Below, piece after piece: positions 1-14,824 of a DNA stretch of 64,000 bases. The notes under the pieces were generated by a model. It was not told the origin of the DNA. It searched no databases and worked only from the letters and a program-made list of their open reading frames with translations. Every line of letters starts with the position of its first letter. The first letter of the stretch is position 1. Origin of the DNA: Octopus vulgaris (Eukaryota); contig OX597818.1 of assembly GCA_951406725.2 (NCBI GenBank), positions 130,510,001 to 130,574,000 of the forward strand, written 5' to 3'. The translations under genes were made by a program, and so were the position numbers.

Positions 1-519
1 AGATAGATAGATAGATAGATAGATAGATAGCTATACATACATATATATATATATCTATGTGTAAATATATAAATGCAATTGTAGATTTCTGTGTGTGAAT
101 ATCTTTGTGTCTCTAAGTGCACACGTGCCAAAATCTAATGCAACTCAAAGATGAAAGAGCATTGTGCTATTGAAATTGCAAGAACAAACCCTAGAGACTG
201 AAGCATCACCTCCGCATGTCATGTCCAGCAACATGATTTACCATTCCTAGTAATATATTATATAAAGAGGTACTGAAATGACTATATGTACACATTTAGA
301 CGCGGACAGTCAGCAACGTGTGAGAACAGGACAAACTGCCTTCCAGTATTTGTACTGGTTCTTTAGATGTTTTTGAATTCGAATCCTGCTGAGGTCAATT
401 TTTATCTTTCATCCCTCTGGGGGTTGAAAGAATAAAGTTCCAGTCAACTACTGGAGTTGATTGTATCCAACTGATCGCTTTCCTTCAAAACTACCAGCAA
501 ATTGGTGGTGAGCAAGTAG

Positions 520-1075
520 AATCATCATCATCATCATCATCATTTAACGTCTGTTGTCCATGCTGTCATGGGTTGGATGATGTGACCAGAGCTGGCAAGC
601 TGGTGGGGCTGCACCAGACTCCAGTCTGATTCAACGTGGTTTCTATGGCCGGATGTCCTTCCTAATACCAACTACTTTACAGAGTCTACTGGCTGCTTTT
701 ACATAGCACCACATGGATGTTTTTATGTGGCACTGCACAGATGCTTTTACATGGCTCCACATGGGCACTTTTATGTGGGACTGCACAGGTGTTGTTTTCA
801 CATGGCACCGCACAGGTACTTCCATGTGACACCACATGGGTGTTTTTACATGAGCCCTTTTATTTGTATCTGCATGGGTGCCCCTATGTAACACTGCACT
901 GCTTTAACGTGGCACTGCCATGATTGCATTACACCACCAGAAGGATCAGTCTTAACACTTCTGCTGCAGAGTACAGGTCTTCTTGAATATAGCCAAGCAC
1001 CAGGTATCTCAGTCCTTTGCTATCTCACCTGAAAGGTTCAGCTTCTTGACATTATTCTTCAGCACTTCTTCCTCT
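520..1075 (-). mobile_element. RTE-clade LINE 3' fragment (3' UTR with (GAT)n tail and ~23-bp tandem array)
   Basis: (CAT)n at 520-543 followed by the reverse complement of the tail seen at 26500-26715 (ttaacgtc..ccatgct..catgggttgga..ggatgtccttcctaa); same layout as 43417-44232. Confidence 0.75.
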
Positions 1076-1329
1076 CAGACAAAATGCTTTACAGCATTCC
1101 TTCTGGCTTTACATTCTGTGTTCAAATGCCACCAAGGTCGATTTTGCCTTTCATCCTTTCAATGCCGATAAGACAAATACCCATCAAGTACTGGGTGTCA
1201 ATATAATCAACTTCAGTAACCCCTCCTACCAAATTTCAGGCCTTGTGCCTATTTGAAAGAAAGTCGTCGTCGTCGTCATTGCCGCTGCCGCCGCCGTCGC
1301 CGTCGCCATCGTCGTTGTCAGCATCTTTA

Positions 1330-2060
<731 letters not shown>

Positions 2061-2061
2061 A

Positions 2062-2700
2062 AATAGTCTCATTTTTATCATGTGCTTTCACAGCACTACT
2101 GAACATAGCTCTGTGTGCCTTGGGTATGTGCTGTGGATTGTTGTGATGCTCTTATTTTCACTGTAGTGAGAGTACTTTAAGTAAGATGTGCATGGTGCCT
2201 AGTAGTGCTATTTTCTTTATGTTATATACATCAATAAGTCCTCGTGTTTTGGTTATATATTTGTCTGAATGTTTTTTAATCATACCTAATGCACCTATCA
2301 TTCCGAGTTCAATTCCAAGCAATGACCTGAACAACAACAACAGCAGCAGCAGCAGCAGCAGCAACAGCAACTGCAACAGCAACAACAACAACAACAACAA
2401 CATAGAAAAATACTTTAGGAATGAGAACCCAAGTTCAAAATTTCCCCAAGACACCTGAAGAAGGCTGGAGGGTGTATCAGCCGAAATGTTGTGTTAACAG
2501 CAAACAAGATGAGGACAAATATCCATCGAATATAAATAATGTGCATTATAGGGATTGTTTCTATTTTTAGGCTTCACATTTGGGTTGCCACTACTTCCAG
2601 GTCCTTGTATTTTGAGAATTTCTCCTTTTTTTTTTAGAGAGACATTGTCATCTGTTGGGATTGATACGTCAATTAGAAGGCATTTCTTTCTTGATGATCT
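2062..2700 (-). mobile_element. R4/Dong-like LINE 3' end (restriction-like endonuclease domain), interrupted at ~2303-2543
   Basis: Minus-strand translation CLLIDVSIPTDDNVS..EKFSKYKDLEV..(I)IGALGMIKKHSDKYI..IALLGTMHILLKVLSLQ* (stop at 2158), then short UTR running into (TAA)n. Confidence 0.75.
2451..2494 (+). ncRNA. Minimal type I hammerhead ribozyme fold (Penelope-like terminus)
   Basis: acac-CTGAAGA-a-ggctg[gagggtgtat]cagcc-GAAA-tg-TT-gtgt; stem I acac/gtgt, stem II ggctg/cagcc; lies in the ~240-bp insert splitting the R4-like fragment. Confidence 0.65.
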
Positions 2701-2852
2701 CTATCCATTCCTCCTCCTCCTCCACCTCCTCCTCCTCCTTCTTCTTCTTCTTCTCCTTCTCCTTCTTCTTCTTCTTCTTCTTCTTCTTCTTCTATGCAAT
2801 CATTAGCTAGAACACACTCAGTGTACTCAGGCATGTGAAGGTAAGAAGATGT

Positions 2853-3060
2853 TTGGCAGAAACGTTAGCACACTGGGTGAAATGCTTAGAGGTATTTCAT
2901 CTGTCGTTAGGTTCTGAGTTCAAATTCCGCCGAGGTCAACTTTGCCTTTCATCCTTTTAGGAGTCGATAAATTATGTATCAGTTGCATACTGGGGTCGAT
3001 CTAATTGACTGGCCCCCTCCCCCAAAATTTCGGGCCTTGTACATAGAGTAGAAAAGAATA
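2853..3060 (+). mobile_element. tRNA-derived SINE, family B
   Basis: tggcagaaacgttagc head, B-box gagttcaaattcc, central gcctttcatcctttt..gtcgataaatta domain shared with >10 copies in the window. Confidence 0.9.
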
Positions 3061-3202
3061 TGGCTGAAAACATCGGGAGAGGAACTGGACAGGGTAGTAC
3101 TGAAATACGTTCATATAATGCAACACAAACATTTAAACTGACAGCATTTTTCTAAAGATGTGGCTGGAATTTGTCAACACAATCTTTTGGATTTATATTA
3201 AA

Positions 3203-3601
3203 CTAGCAGTATCGCCCGGCGTTGCTCGGGTTTGTAAGGGAAATAACTATATAAGCATTTTTAGAGAGTTATAGCCAAAAAATAGCAAAAAAATGCATTA
3301 AAAATGGAAAACAAATGATGGTAAATTTTTTTAAAAGTCGTTGACTCATCGTAGACATTTTTAGAGAGTTACTTCCCTTCTATAATAGCAAAAAAAATGC
3401 ATTAAAATTGAAAAAAATGATGGTAAATTTTTTTTTAAATCGTAGACTCATCGTAGATGTGCACTAATACCCAGAAGGGCTCGATATGAATCACGACTAT
3501 AAGATACCCGGTTTTGGTTAAACTGCACTGCAAAATGTGGGAGTAGTTAGGAATCTAAATCGTAGGAAACAGACACACAACTTCTCTTTTATATATAAAG
3601 A
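3203..3601 (-). mobile_element. Non-autonomous Helitron (~399 bp)
   Basis: On minus strand A|TC start at 3601, subterminal hairpin cccgagcaacgccggg (3215-3230), CTAG|T end at 3203; no TSD; internal ~100-bp tandem duplication; second copy at 43013-43411. Confidence 0.9.
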
Positions 3602-3917
3602 TATACTTCTCTTGGAATGTTGTCTACAAGTTTCTGACATCCCTCCTGTTTTTTATATCATACCTAGGGCACCTACCATACAAGAACAGCGTTTGCTTTA
3701 AGATGCCTCATCTTTTGTATTTCAATTTCTAGGTCCTTACATTTATTAAGCTTGTCAAATTCCTTTACAGATATACTTTTGTCAATGATAACACTTACAT
3801 CTATCAATCTACAAGTATTTTCCTCCCTCTCTTTAATAATTATTTCTGGTCGATTAGCCAGGATTGTTCTGTCAATTTTGACTGGGAAATCTCAGAGGAC
3901 TGTGATATTTTTACCTT

Positions 3918-4153
3918 CATGCCGGTGGCACGTAAAAAGCACCAATCGATCGTGGCCATTGCCAGCCTCCCCTGGCACCTGTGCCGGTGGCACGTAAAAA
4001 GCACCCACTACACTCATGGAGTGGTTGGTGTTAGGAAGGGCATCCAGCTGTAGAAACACTGCCAGATCAGACTGGAGCCTGGTGCAGCCTCCTGGCTTCC
4101 CAGACCCTGTTGAACTGTCCAGCTAATGCTAGCATGGAAAACGGACTTTAAAC

Positions 4154-4187
<34 letters not shown>
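3918..4187 (+). mobile_element. RTE LINE 3' tail (5'-truncated)
   Basis: ggtggcacgtaaaaagcacc motif x2, ttaggaagggcatccagc, ends taaacgatgatgat; same tail follows the RT C-terminal ORF at 25862-26715. Confidence 0.88.
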
Positions 4188-4190
<3 letters not shown>

Positions 4191-4363
4191 TACTGGCTCA
4201 GAATGGTGTGCATACCAGTTTGCAGGAGTGTTGATTTGGTAGTGCTTATGAATTTTCCAGCTTACTGTCCTATGCTATCATGGTGACTTTTACATATGTT
4301 TCGAGTTAGTTCAATAATATCTGTTGTCACAGTTGGTCATGGTTAAGAATCTTGTCAGAAAGT

Positions 4364-4932
4364 TTAACCCTTTAGCATCCTGACTAATCTATCAAATATA
4401 ATGCTTAATTATTCACATTGTTTTGAATTTACTTTGCACTATCTCATAGCATTGAGATTTGGATGACATGATTGTTCATTTTTAGACTGACATGATAGGA
4501 TAGGTATGAAAAGCTGGATCTGGTCAATCTGAACAGAAAGAATAAAGTCCCCCTTTGCTCATGAATGGCCGTGGGATTGCATGTAGAAAGTTACCCTCCA
4601 AGGCACAAGTCCAAGGAAGGCTGTTTATGGAAGACTAGCAGTTGCCCATGCATACCAGCCTTCCCTGTTCATGCCACCAATGTTATCCAAGGGACGGGCA
4701 AAGACCAATATAGCTTGGCACCAGTGATGTCACAGCTCATTTCTACAGCTGAGTGAACTGGAACAATGTGAAATAAAGTGTCTTGCTCAAGAACAAACAC
4801 ACAACCTGGTCCGAGAATCGAACTCACTACCTCATGATTGCGAGCCTGATGCTCTAACCACTGAGCCATGCACTTTCATCTGAACATAAAACAGACAGAA
4901 TATTTTGACTGGTTTAAAAGCCAAATGGATAA
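4364..4932. mobile_element. Degenerate piggyBac-type MITE containing a SINE
   Basis: Starts TTAA-CCCTTTAGCAT; right end decayed (ccaaatgg(t)taa); SINE at 4540-4877 has a 13-bp TSD atctgaaca(g/t)aaa. Confidence 0.5.
4540..4877 (-). mobile_element. tRNA-derived SINE, head D + tail Z
   Basis: Minus-strand tggctcagtggttagagc A-box and gagttcgattc B-box; TSD at 4527-4539 and 4878-4890; relatives at 12337-12656, 30195-30530, 63410-63673. Confidence 0.9.
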
Positions 4933-4937
4933 TAATT

Positions 4938-5148
4938 ATTTCTTTACTACCCACAAGGGGCTAAACACAGAGGGGACAAACAAGGACAGATATCGACCCC
5001 AGTGCGTAACTGGTACTTAATTTATCGACCCCGAAAGGATGAAAGGCAAAGTCGACCTTGGCGGAATTTGAACTCAGAACGTAACGGCAGACGAAAAACG
5101 GCTACGCATTTCGCCCAGCGTGCTAACGTTTCTGCCAGCTCGCCGCCT
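4938..5148 (-). mobile_element. SINE family B
   Basis: Full head to tail; TSD ccaaatgg(a/t)taataat at 4921-4936 and 5155-5170. Confidence 0.92.
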
Positions 5149-5284
5149 TATTAACCAAATGGTTAATAATGGTTGTTTCTGGTAGGGCTCTATTGAGGAG
5201 GTACCTGAGAACTTTTGTTGACTTTGATGTGGTTGATCAATCAATCGCAACCAGTCAGGATTCACTGTATACATGGCAAAAGTA

Positions 5285-6035
5285 AAGGTAAAGTTAACTT
5301 CTTGAGTTAAGGCAACTCATCAAGTTTCCATGGCTAATAAACTCCCCACCTGGATGTGACACCAGTCTGTCACAGAATTACTCATTTTTGCCAGGTGAGT
5401 GGACTGGAGCAACATGAAATGAAGCGCTTTGCTCAAGGACACAGTGCACAGCAGATCCAGGAACTGAAACCATGATTTTGCAATCATGAGGGCTACAACT
5501 TAACTACTAGGTCACATGCCTTCACTAGGATTCTATCCCTCATGACCTTTTTAAGAATAGGTAACAGTAAAAATGGATGAACTCTTGATCGTAAGATTGT
5601 GGTTTCGATCCCTGAACCAAGCAATGCATTGTGTTCTTGAGCAGAATACTTCATTTTATGTTGCTCCAGCCTGTCCACTCAGCTGGCAAAAATAAGTCAT
5701 CTTGTGATGGATCAGCATCCCATCTAGATGAAGAATTTATATGCCATGCAACTCACCCTTATGAGTCTGTATGACTCAAGAAGGTAACTTTTCTTTTAGT
5801 GGAGGTGCATGGCTTAGTGGTTAGGGTGTTGGACTCATGATTGTAAGATTGTGGTTTCGGTCCCTGGAACAGGTGACACATTGTGTTTTTGAGCAAAACA
5901 CTTCATTTCACATTGCTCCAGTCCATTCAGCTGGCAAAAAGGAGTAATCCTGCGACGGACTGGCATCCCATCTAGGAGGAGTCATTACACACCATGGAAA
6001 GCAGGAAACTGACCCTTATGGGTCAGGTAACTTTA
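5285..6035. mobile_element. Cluster of three head-D SINEs (5285-5524 minus; 5572-5790 and 5799-6035 plus)
   Basis: tggcttagtggttagggtgttggactcatgattgtaag head and ttgagcaaaacacttcatttcac..gctccagtcca.tcagctggcaaaaa core. Confidence 0.8.
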
Positions 6036-6392
6036 GCCTTATGGATGGACGGACAGCTAAGTGGACATGTGAAAGCATAGAGACTTTCTCATGTCTTCAA
6101 GCGGTGGTGGTCATGACAGAAGAAGCTGTGTTGATGACCGTGTACATAGCACCCATACTAGAGATCATGGTCTATAACTTGTGAGTAGCCACTGGCTGAC
6201 TGACCAACTGACTGACTGACCAACTGGCCAATTGGCTGACTAGCTGACAGGCCAGCTGGTTGGCTGGTAGATAAATATCATCAAGTGGTGTGATTGACTA
6301 TTTAGTGAAGTAGAATGGTGATTGGGTGAGCAGGAAGGATAAGTGATATATTTTTAATTGATTAGAAAGCTTTAATTTCTTCATACATCCAT

Positions 6393-7400
<1,008 letters not shown>

Positions 7401-7735
7401 TGCATCTGAATGGATCATACTGTTAAGTGGGGGGGGGGGGCATGATGCGCAAAAAAATGAAATAATAAATGAAGAAAAGGAAGTGATGGTGAAGTTTAGC
7501 GGTAATGATTGTTTGTTTACTGGCTGTGTTTGTTTTTCTTTTCATTTATTTGATGATGGATAATTTCGACTTAATATGTTCGTTCATATATGTGCATTCA
7601 ACGTTTTATACGCATTCGTTTTTTTTTTTCCTTCTTTTTTTTCTTCTTATATTGTTTTTGATACGTATTTGTTAATTATCCAATTATTCATACTTTTCTC
7701 TTAATTAATTTAGATAACTTCTCGAAATAATCTCA

Positions 7736-7780
<45 letters not shown>

Positions 7781-8511
7781 TGTGTGTGTGTGTGTGTGTG
7801 TGTGGGTGTGTATGTGTGTGTGAGTGTGTGTATACCTTTTACTTTTGTGTGTGCATGTCTGCATGTTCATGTGTGTGAGTGCATGTATGTATTATGTACA
7901 TAAGTGTGTTTGTGTATATATATATATATATATATACATGCGTGTGTATATACATAAATATACAGAGAATAGACATACATAATATGTGTACTTATATACA
8001 TACATATACATGCACACACATATAGATACACACATACATAGATACATAAATACATCTATCTAGTAATCTGTGTATCTATCTATAATGATCTCTATATCTA
8101 AATATATCTTCCTCTCTGTCTCTGTGTGTGTGTATATATATATATATATATGATGTATACCATGACACATATATATATATATAGATATCATTACACATAC
8201 ACACACACATATGTATGTATACCATTACATACACAAACGCACACATACACAGATACTCATATATATGAACATGCATAGACATATAGAGACACGACATGAG
8301 TAAATGCATATACACACACGAGCACAAAGCTATGAAACAATTCATGATATCTCATTATTGAAATAAATTGTACATTGCCATGAACTGTATCTTCTTCCAG
8401 CCTCAATATAGTTTACCAGAAGTGGGGAAATGATGAATGTGGGCCAGTAGAGCAAAAGATATATATCTCTCTTCATTTTCTGTCCTTCTTTCTTTATTTT
8501 CTCCCCTTGTT

Positions 8512-8549
8512 TCTTTCTGTGGAAGAGCATAGGCTCGAAACGTTAAAGA
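8512..8549 (+). ncRNA. Degenerate minimal hammerhead fold
   Basis: tcttt-CTGTGGA-a-gagc[atag]gctc-GAAA-cg-TT-aaaga; core A6 is T; same architecture as 63848-63882. Confidence 0.55.
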
Positions 8550-8683
8550 CTTTTTCACTTCCTGAGTGTTAAACCAATACATCTGTTTGCTGTCTACACC
8601 ACCTGTCTTTGTCTCTTGTTTTTTTTTTGTGAATTCTTCCTATATATATATATATATATATATAATAATAATAATTATAAAAT

Positions 8684-8927
8684 GCGCCCTTTTAAAGCCT
8701 AGCCAGGCCCATGGGCCCAGTTTCCCAGTTTCAATGGTGTATGTGCTCCCCAGTTGGACAGGACACCAGTCTATTGCAGCATTACTCATTTTTGCCAGCT
8801 GAGTGGACTGGAGCAAGATGAAATGAAGTGTTTTGCTCAAGAACACAACGAGTCGCCCAGTCGAGGAATCGAAACCACACTCTTACGATCATGATGACGA
8901 CACCCTAACCACTAAGCCATGCGCCTC

Positions 8928-8930
<3 letters not shown>
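8684..8930 (-). mobile_element. SINE, head D + tail Y
   Basis: Head as at 5799; tail cgcccttttaaagcctagccagg shared with 58398-58505. Confidence 0.88.
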
Positions 8931-8967
<37 letters not shown>

Positions 8968-9276
8968 TGTGTCTGTGTGTGTGAGAGAGAAAGAGAAACA
9001 GAGGGAGAGAACTAAAAAATGAGGGTAGGAGAGTGAGTGAAATATACAACAGTAAAGTACATAGAGATGATTGGTGACTGGAGATTTCAAGTATGAGTAG
9101 GTGTGTGTGTATGTGTCCACTGACACATTACACATACTAAGACGTGCATGCATGTATACGTATATGTGTGTGTATTAGTGTGAGTGTGTGCGTATGTGTA
9201 TACACACAATACACACACATATATATGTATATATAAATACATACACTCACACACACACATACAGACATAAATATAG

Positions 9277-9324
<48 letters not shown>

Positions 9325-9325
9325 T

Positions 9326-9391
<66 letters not shown>

Positions 9392-9909
9392 TAGTAGGTT
9401 CCTACAGAGTTTCTGTATCAAATTCATTTGCAAAACATTGGTTGCTTTGGGTTTTAGTAGAGGACACTTGCCCAAGGTGCCACACAGTGGGACTGAACTC
9501 AAAACCACAAGGTTGCAAAGTAAGTTTCTCAGCAATAGAGCTCTACCTGTACTTAGAAGGAAAATCACATACATACTAAAAGAAAAATGCAACAAACAGA
9601 AGTGTTGAAAAATGAATCTAGGTATCTATAGTTAATGAGAAGGAAAAAAAACCAAAAATAAAATCTAAGAAAATAAAAAAGAATAATTATATAAAACAGG
9701 TATTTTGTTTGTTTAACCTTTTGTGACTTGAAAATACTTTGATAAATTATAGACCACATGTGTTGTTCTGTTTTAGCTATAGCCTACTGTGAACTTTGAC
9801 ATGACTTCTACTGCTGTGTGTTATAGAGTTCATCTAAAAATTCACCTGTGTACACTGTATTAAATCATCATTTGTCATGATGGAACATATATATATATAC
9901 ACACACACA

Positions 9910-9994
<85 letters not shown>

Positions 9995-10002
9995 TAGAAT
10001 AA

Positions 10003-10064
<62 letters not shown>

Positions 10065-10219
10065 ATATATATGTATATATATATATACACACACACACAC
10101 ATAGAATATATATATATATATATGTATATATATATTTGTGTGTGAGCATGCACATGTGTCTGAGTGTGTGTGTATCCATGTTTGTGCAAATATATAATTT
10201 TGTACATAAAAGTATATAC

Positions 10220-10266
<47 letters not shown>

Positions 10267-10276
10267 CATATATATA

Positions 10277-11560
10277 ATCATCATCATCATAATTTAGCAT
10301 CCATTTTCCATCCTGGCATTTATTAGATCACTTGACTGGAGCTGGTATGCCGGAGGGCTGCACAAGGTTCCAATCTGAATTTGACTTGGTTTCTATAGAT
10401 GGACACCCTTCCTAACGCCAACCACTCTGAGTCAGGTGGCACTGGCAACAACCACACTCAAATAGTGCCTTTTACGTGTCACCGGTACAGGAGCCAGTCA
10501 GGCAGCACTGGCAATGGCCATGCTTGAATGGTGCTTTTTACATGCCACCAGCATGGGAGCCAGTCCAGTGGGACTGCCATCAACCATGCTCGGATAGTGC
10601 TTTTTACATGTCACTGGCACAGTTGCCAGTCAGGCAGTACTGGCATCATCCATGACAATGATTTCATTTGACTCAACAGGTCTTCTCAAGCACAGTATAT
10701 TGTCCAATGATTGAAGGGTACTCTTAAATGGACCGATTATGCAACATGGTATAGGCCACGGTTATGGTTACACTTGGCTTGCCAGGTCTTCTCAAGTACA
10801 GCATTCTTTCAAAGGTCTCAGTTGCTTGTCATTGCCTCTGTAAGGCCCAAAGTTCAAAGGTCATTCTTAACCACCTCATCCCAGGTCTTCCTGGATCTAC
10901 TTCTTTCACAGGTTTCCTCCACAGGGTGTGACACTTTTTCACATAGCTGTCCTCGTCCATATGCAACACATAACCATACCAGCACAGTCATCTCTCTTGT
11001 ACACCACACCTGATGCTTTTTATGTCCAACTTTTCTCTCGGGGTGTTTACACTCCGTTGAATATGCACACTGACATTACACATCCAGTGGAGCATACTAG
11101 CTTCCTTTCTTGCAAGCTTACACATGTCCTCAGCAGTCACAGCCCATGTTTCACTGCCATGTAGTATGGCTGTTCACACACATGCATCATACAGTCTATC
11201 TTTCACTCTGAGCAAGAGGCCCTTTGTTGCCAGCAGAGGCAGGAGCTCTTGGAACTTTGCCCAGGCTATTCTTATTCTAGCAGCTATGCTCTCCGAGCAT
11301 CCACTCCTGACTTGGTTACCTGGGTAACGGAAGCTATCAACTACTTCTAGTTTTTCCTCCTGGCATATGACAGAAGCTGTTTTCTGCACATTTTCAGTGT
11401 TTATTGCCCCTATGCATCTGCCACACACACAAAAACTATCTTCCCAATTAGCCTATTAGGGCAAGGTCATCAGCATTGAGGAGCTCCCAAGGGCATCCTA
11501 TCTTAAATTCTTCTGTTAATACTTGGAGGACTATGATGAATAAGAGGAGACTAAGGACTG
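10277..11560 (-). mobile_element. RTE LINE fragment (RT C-terminus plus 3' UTR), degraded
   Basis: LEVVDSFRYPG..GCSESIAARIRIAWAKFQELLPLLATKGLLLRVKDRLYDACV; homologous to the 25862 copy; (CAT)n tail at 10277. Confidence 0.88.
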
Positions 11561-11949
11561 ATCATATATGTATATATATTGTGGAGTCCTGTGGCTTAGT
11601 GGTTAATGTGTTGGACTCATGATGGTAAGATTGTGGTTTCAATTCCTGGATCAGATGATGCACTGTGTTCTTGAGCAAAACACTTGATTTCACATTGCAC
11701 CAGTTCCACTCAGCTGGTAAAAATGAGTACATTGCACACACACACACACATATACATCAACATACACATGTAGATAGATGCTGTCTATACATACATCTTT
11801 CATATAGGGAGAAGGATGAATGTATGTAGTTATATACATAGCATATCTATACCTACACTGATACATACATACATGTACAAACATACACACACATATCCAA
11901 CCACGTACTTTCACATACCAACTCTCTCACCCATACATACATACATATT

Positions 11950-12333
11950 TACTCTTTTACTTGTTTCAGTAATTTGACTGCGGCCATGCTGGAGCACCAC
12001 CTTTTAGTCGAGCAAATCGACCCCAGGACTTATTCTTTGTAAGCCCAGTACTTATTCTATCGGTTTCTTTTGCCGAACCGCTAAGTGACGGCGATATAAA
12101 CACACTAGCATCAGATGTCAAGCAATGCTAGGGGGACAAACACAGACACACAAACATACACGCACATACATATATATACATATATATGACGGGCTTCTTT
12201 CAGTTTCCGTCTACCAAATTCACTCACAAGGCATTGGTTGGCCTGAGGCTATAGTAGAAGAGACTTGCCCAAGGTGCCACGCAGTGGGACTGAACCCGGA
12301 ACCATGTGGTTGGTAAACAAACTACTTACCACA
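11950..12333 (-). mobile_element. SINE family A
   Basis: Tail aagtaaaagagta, internal (TA/TG)n, head gtggtaagtag..ccacatggttccgggttcagtccca. Confidence 0.92.
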
Positions 12334-12336
12334 CAA

Positions 12337-12656
12337 AGACACCCTTCAGTCATGAATGACCATGGGATTGCACCTAGAAAGTTCCCCTCCAAGGCACAAG
12401 TTTGGCCAAGTTGTTTGTGGAAGTATAGCAATCACCCATGCATACCAACCTCCCCTCTCCACTGATGTTATCCAAGGTAAAGACAAAGGCCAATACAGCT
12501 TGGCACCAGTGACGTCACAACTCATTTCTACAGCTGAGTGAACTGGAGCAATGTGAAATAAAGTGTCTTGCTCAAGAGCACAACACATAGCCCAAATCTG
12601 GAAGTGAACTCATGATTGCGACTTCAATGCACTAACCTTTGAGCCCTGTGCCTTCA
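12337..12656 (-). mobile_element. SINE, head D + tail Z
   Basis: Homologous to 4540-4877; abuts the family A copy. Confidence 0.88.
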
Positions 12657-12673
12657 TATTATATATATTTATA

Positions 12674-12720
<47 letters not shown>

Positions 12721-12844
12721 GAGTGTATTTTTCCCTTGTTATACCTGAGTTAAACTCCATTTATATATATATATATATATCATCATCATCATCATCGTTT
12801 AGCGTCCGTTTTCCATGCTAGCATATATATATATATATATATAT

Positions 12845-13016
12845 ATTTCTTTACTGCCCAGAAGGGGCTAAACATAAAGGGGACAAACAAGGACAGACGA
12901 AGGAATTGAGTCGATTATATCGACCCCAGTGCGAAACTGGTACTTTATTTATCGACCCCGAAAGGATGAAAGGCAAAGTTGACCTCGGCGGAATTTGAAC
13001 TCAGAACGTAACGACA
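12845..13016 (-). mobile_element. SINE family B, 5'-truncated, within (TA)n
   Basis: Family B body and tail without head. Confidence 0.88.
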
Positions 13017-13270
13017 GATATATATATATATATATAGCATGAAAAAACACTGAACTTACTGAACTTTCAGTTTTTTTATGCTAGATCACTGGTGTGAAAT
13101 CGATGTTAATTAAATTAATATCTAATTTCTCACCCTCATTTGAAATTTAAAATTATACATATATATATATATATATATACATACATATATATATATACAT
13201 ATACACACATACATACACACACACAAACACACACAAATAGACAGACAGATAGATAGACAGACAGGCAGAC

Positions 13271-13355
<85 letters not shown>

Positions 13356-13747
13356 CAGATCGAAAGATAAATCGATAGAACCTAATGTTAAATGTTATAC
13401 ATTTGCATGCAGTAATCAAATAATCTGAGAGGAATTTACAATGAACCCACTTAGAAGAATTAAACCAGGTTCCTATTGTCTTACAAAGTAAATATTCGAA
13501 GCAAAACATGTCTAAATCCAATTCCCACCACAGCAGATTCATTGTACTTTTTGTCTTGAATATTGTTTACTGATATATATTGTTTAATATTGTTTAAAAC
13601 AACAAAGTCCGAGGAATCTGGTGTTGGTCAATGTTGACAAATATTATGTGCTGAAGTCTATGAATTTGCATAAGTTTCTATGCCATAGGGATAATAGGGA
13701 TCTGATATGTACTGGGACAGTCCCTTTGTTTGTGGGATAGATACGTG

Positions 13748-13896
<149 letters not shown>

Positions 13897-14179
13897 TTCC
13901 AGCTGCACTGAAAAAACATCTTTCTCTCAGACAAAGGGACAGCCTTGGGAATGACAAATGCCTTATCTCCCTGAGGCATAAAAATATTTATCTATTTGAT
14001 AATGAATTTCACTTAATAATATTTATATTGAAAGGAGAGGAGTGAGTTGTGAGTTGCAAGACTGGTAAGAAACATGGCCGAAATGGTTTGAGGTGTTATG
14101 TCTATTCGTATTCTGAGACCAAAACCGATTTAAGCCAATTTGGCCTTTTGCTTAAAATGAGTAAAATGTAATTCATACA

Positions 14180-14791
14180 TAGGCGCAGGAGTGTGGTAAG
14201 TAGCTTGCTAACCAACCACATGGTTCCGGGTTCAGTCCCACTGCGTGGCATCTTGGGCAAGTGTCTTCTGCTATAGCCCCGGGCTGACCAATGCCTTGTG
14301 AGTGGATTTGGTAGACGGAAACTGAAAGAAGCCTGTCGTATATATGTATATGTATGTATGTGTATGTGTTTGTGTGTCTGTGTTTGTACCCCTAGCATTG
14401 CTTGACAACCGATGCTGGTATGTTTATGTCCCCGTTACTTAGCGGTTCGGCAAAAGAGACCGATAGAATTGTTGGGGGAACAATTCTATTGTTGGATAGA
14501 CTGGGCTTACAAAAAGAATAAGTCCCGGGTTCGAGTTGCTCGATTAAAGGCGGTGCTCCAGCATGGCCGCAGTCAAATGACTGAAACAAGTAAAAGAGTA
14601 AAAGAGTAAAAGAGTATACGTAGACATAGGTGCATGTGTAGATGTGTGGTAAGAAGTTTACTTCCCAACTACATGGTTCTGGGTTCAGTCCCATTGCATG
14701 GAACCTTGGGCAGGTGTCTTCTACTATAGTCTTGGTCTGCCCAAAGTCTTCTGAGTATGTTTGGTTGATGGAAACTGAAAGAAGACCATCA

Positions 14792-14824
<33 letters not shown>

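Larger units (their letters stand above)
3060..4330 (-). mobile_element. R4/Dong-like LINE fragment split by a Helitron and an RTE tail
   Basis: Joined minus-strand reading HKHYQINTPANWYAHHSEPVV|EGKNITVL*DFPVKIDRTILANRPEIII..EFDKLNKCKDLEIEIQKMRHLKANAVLVMVGALGMIK..GCQKLVDNIP|..IQKIVLTNSSHIFRKMLSV*; homologous to 36690-37235. Confidence 0.75.
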
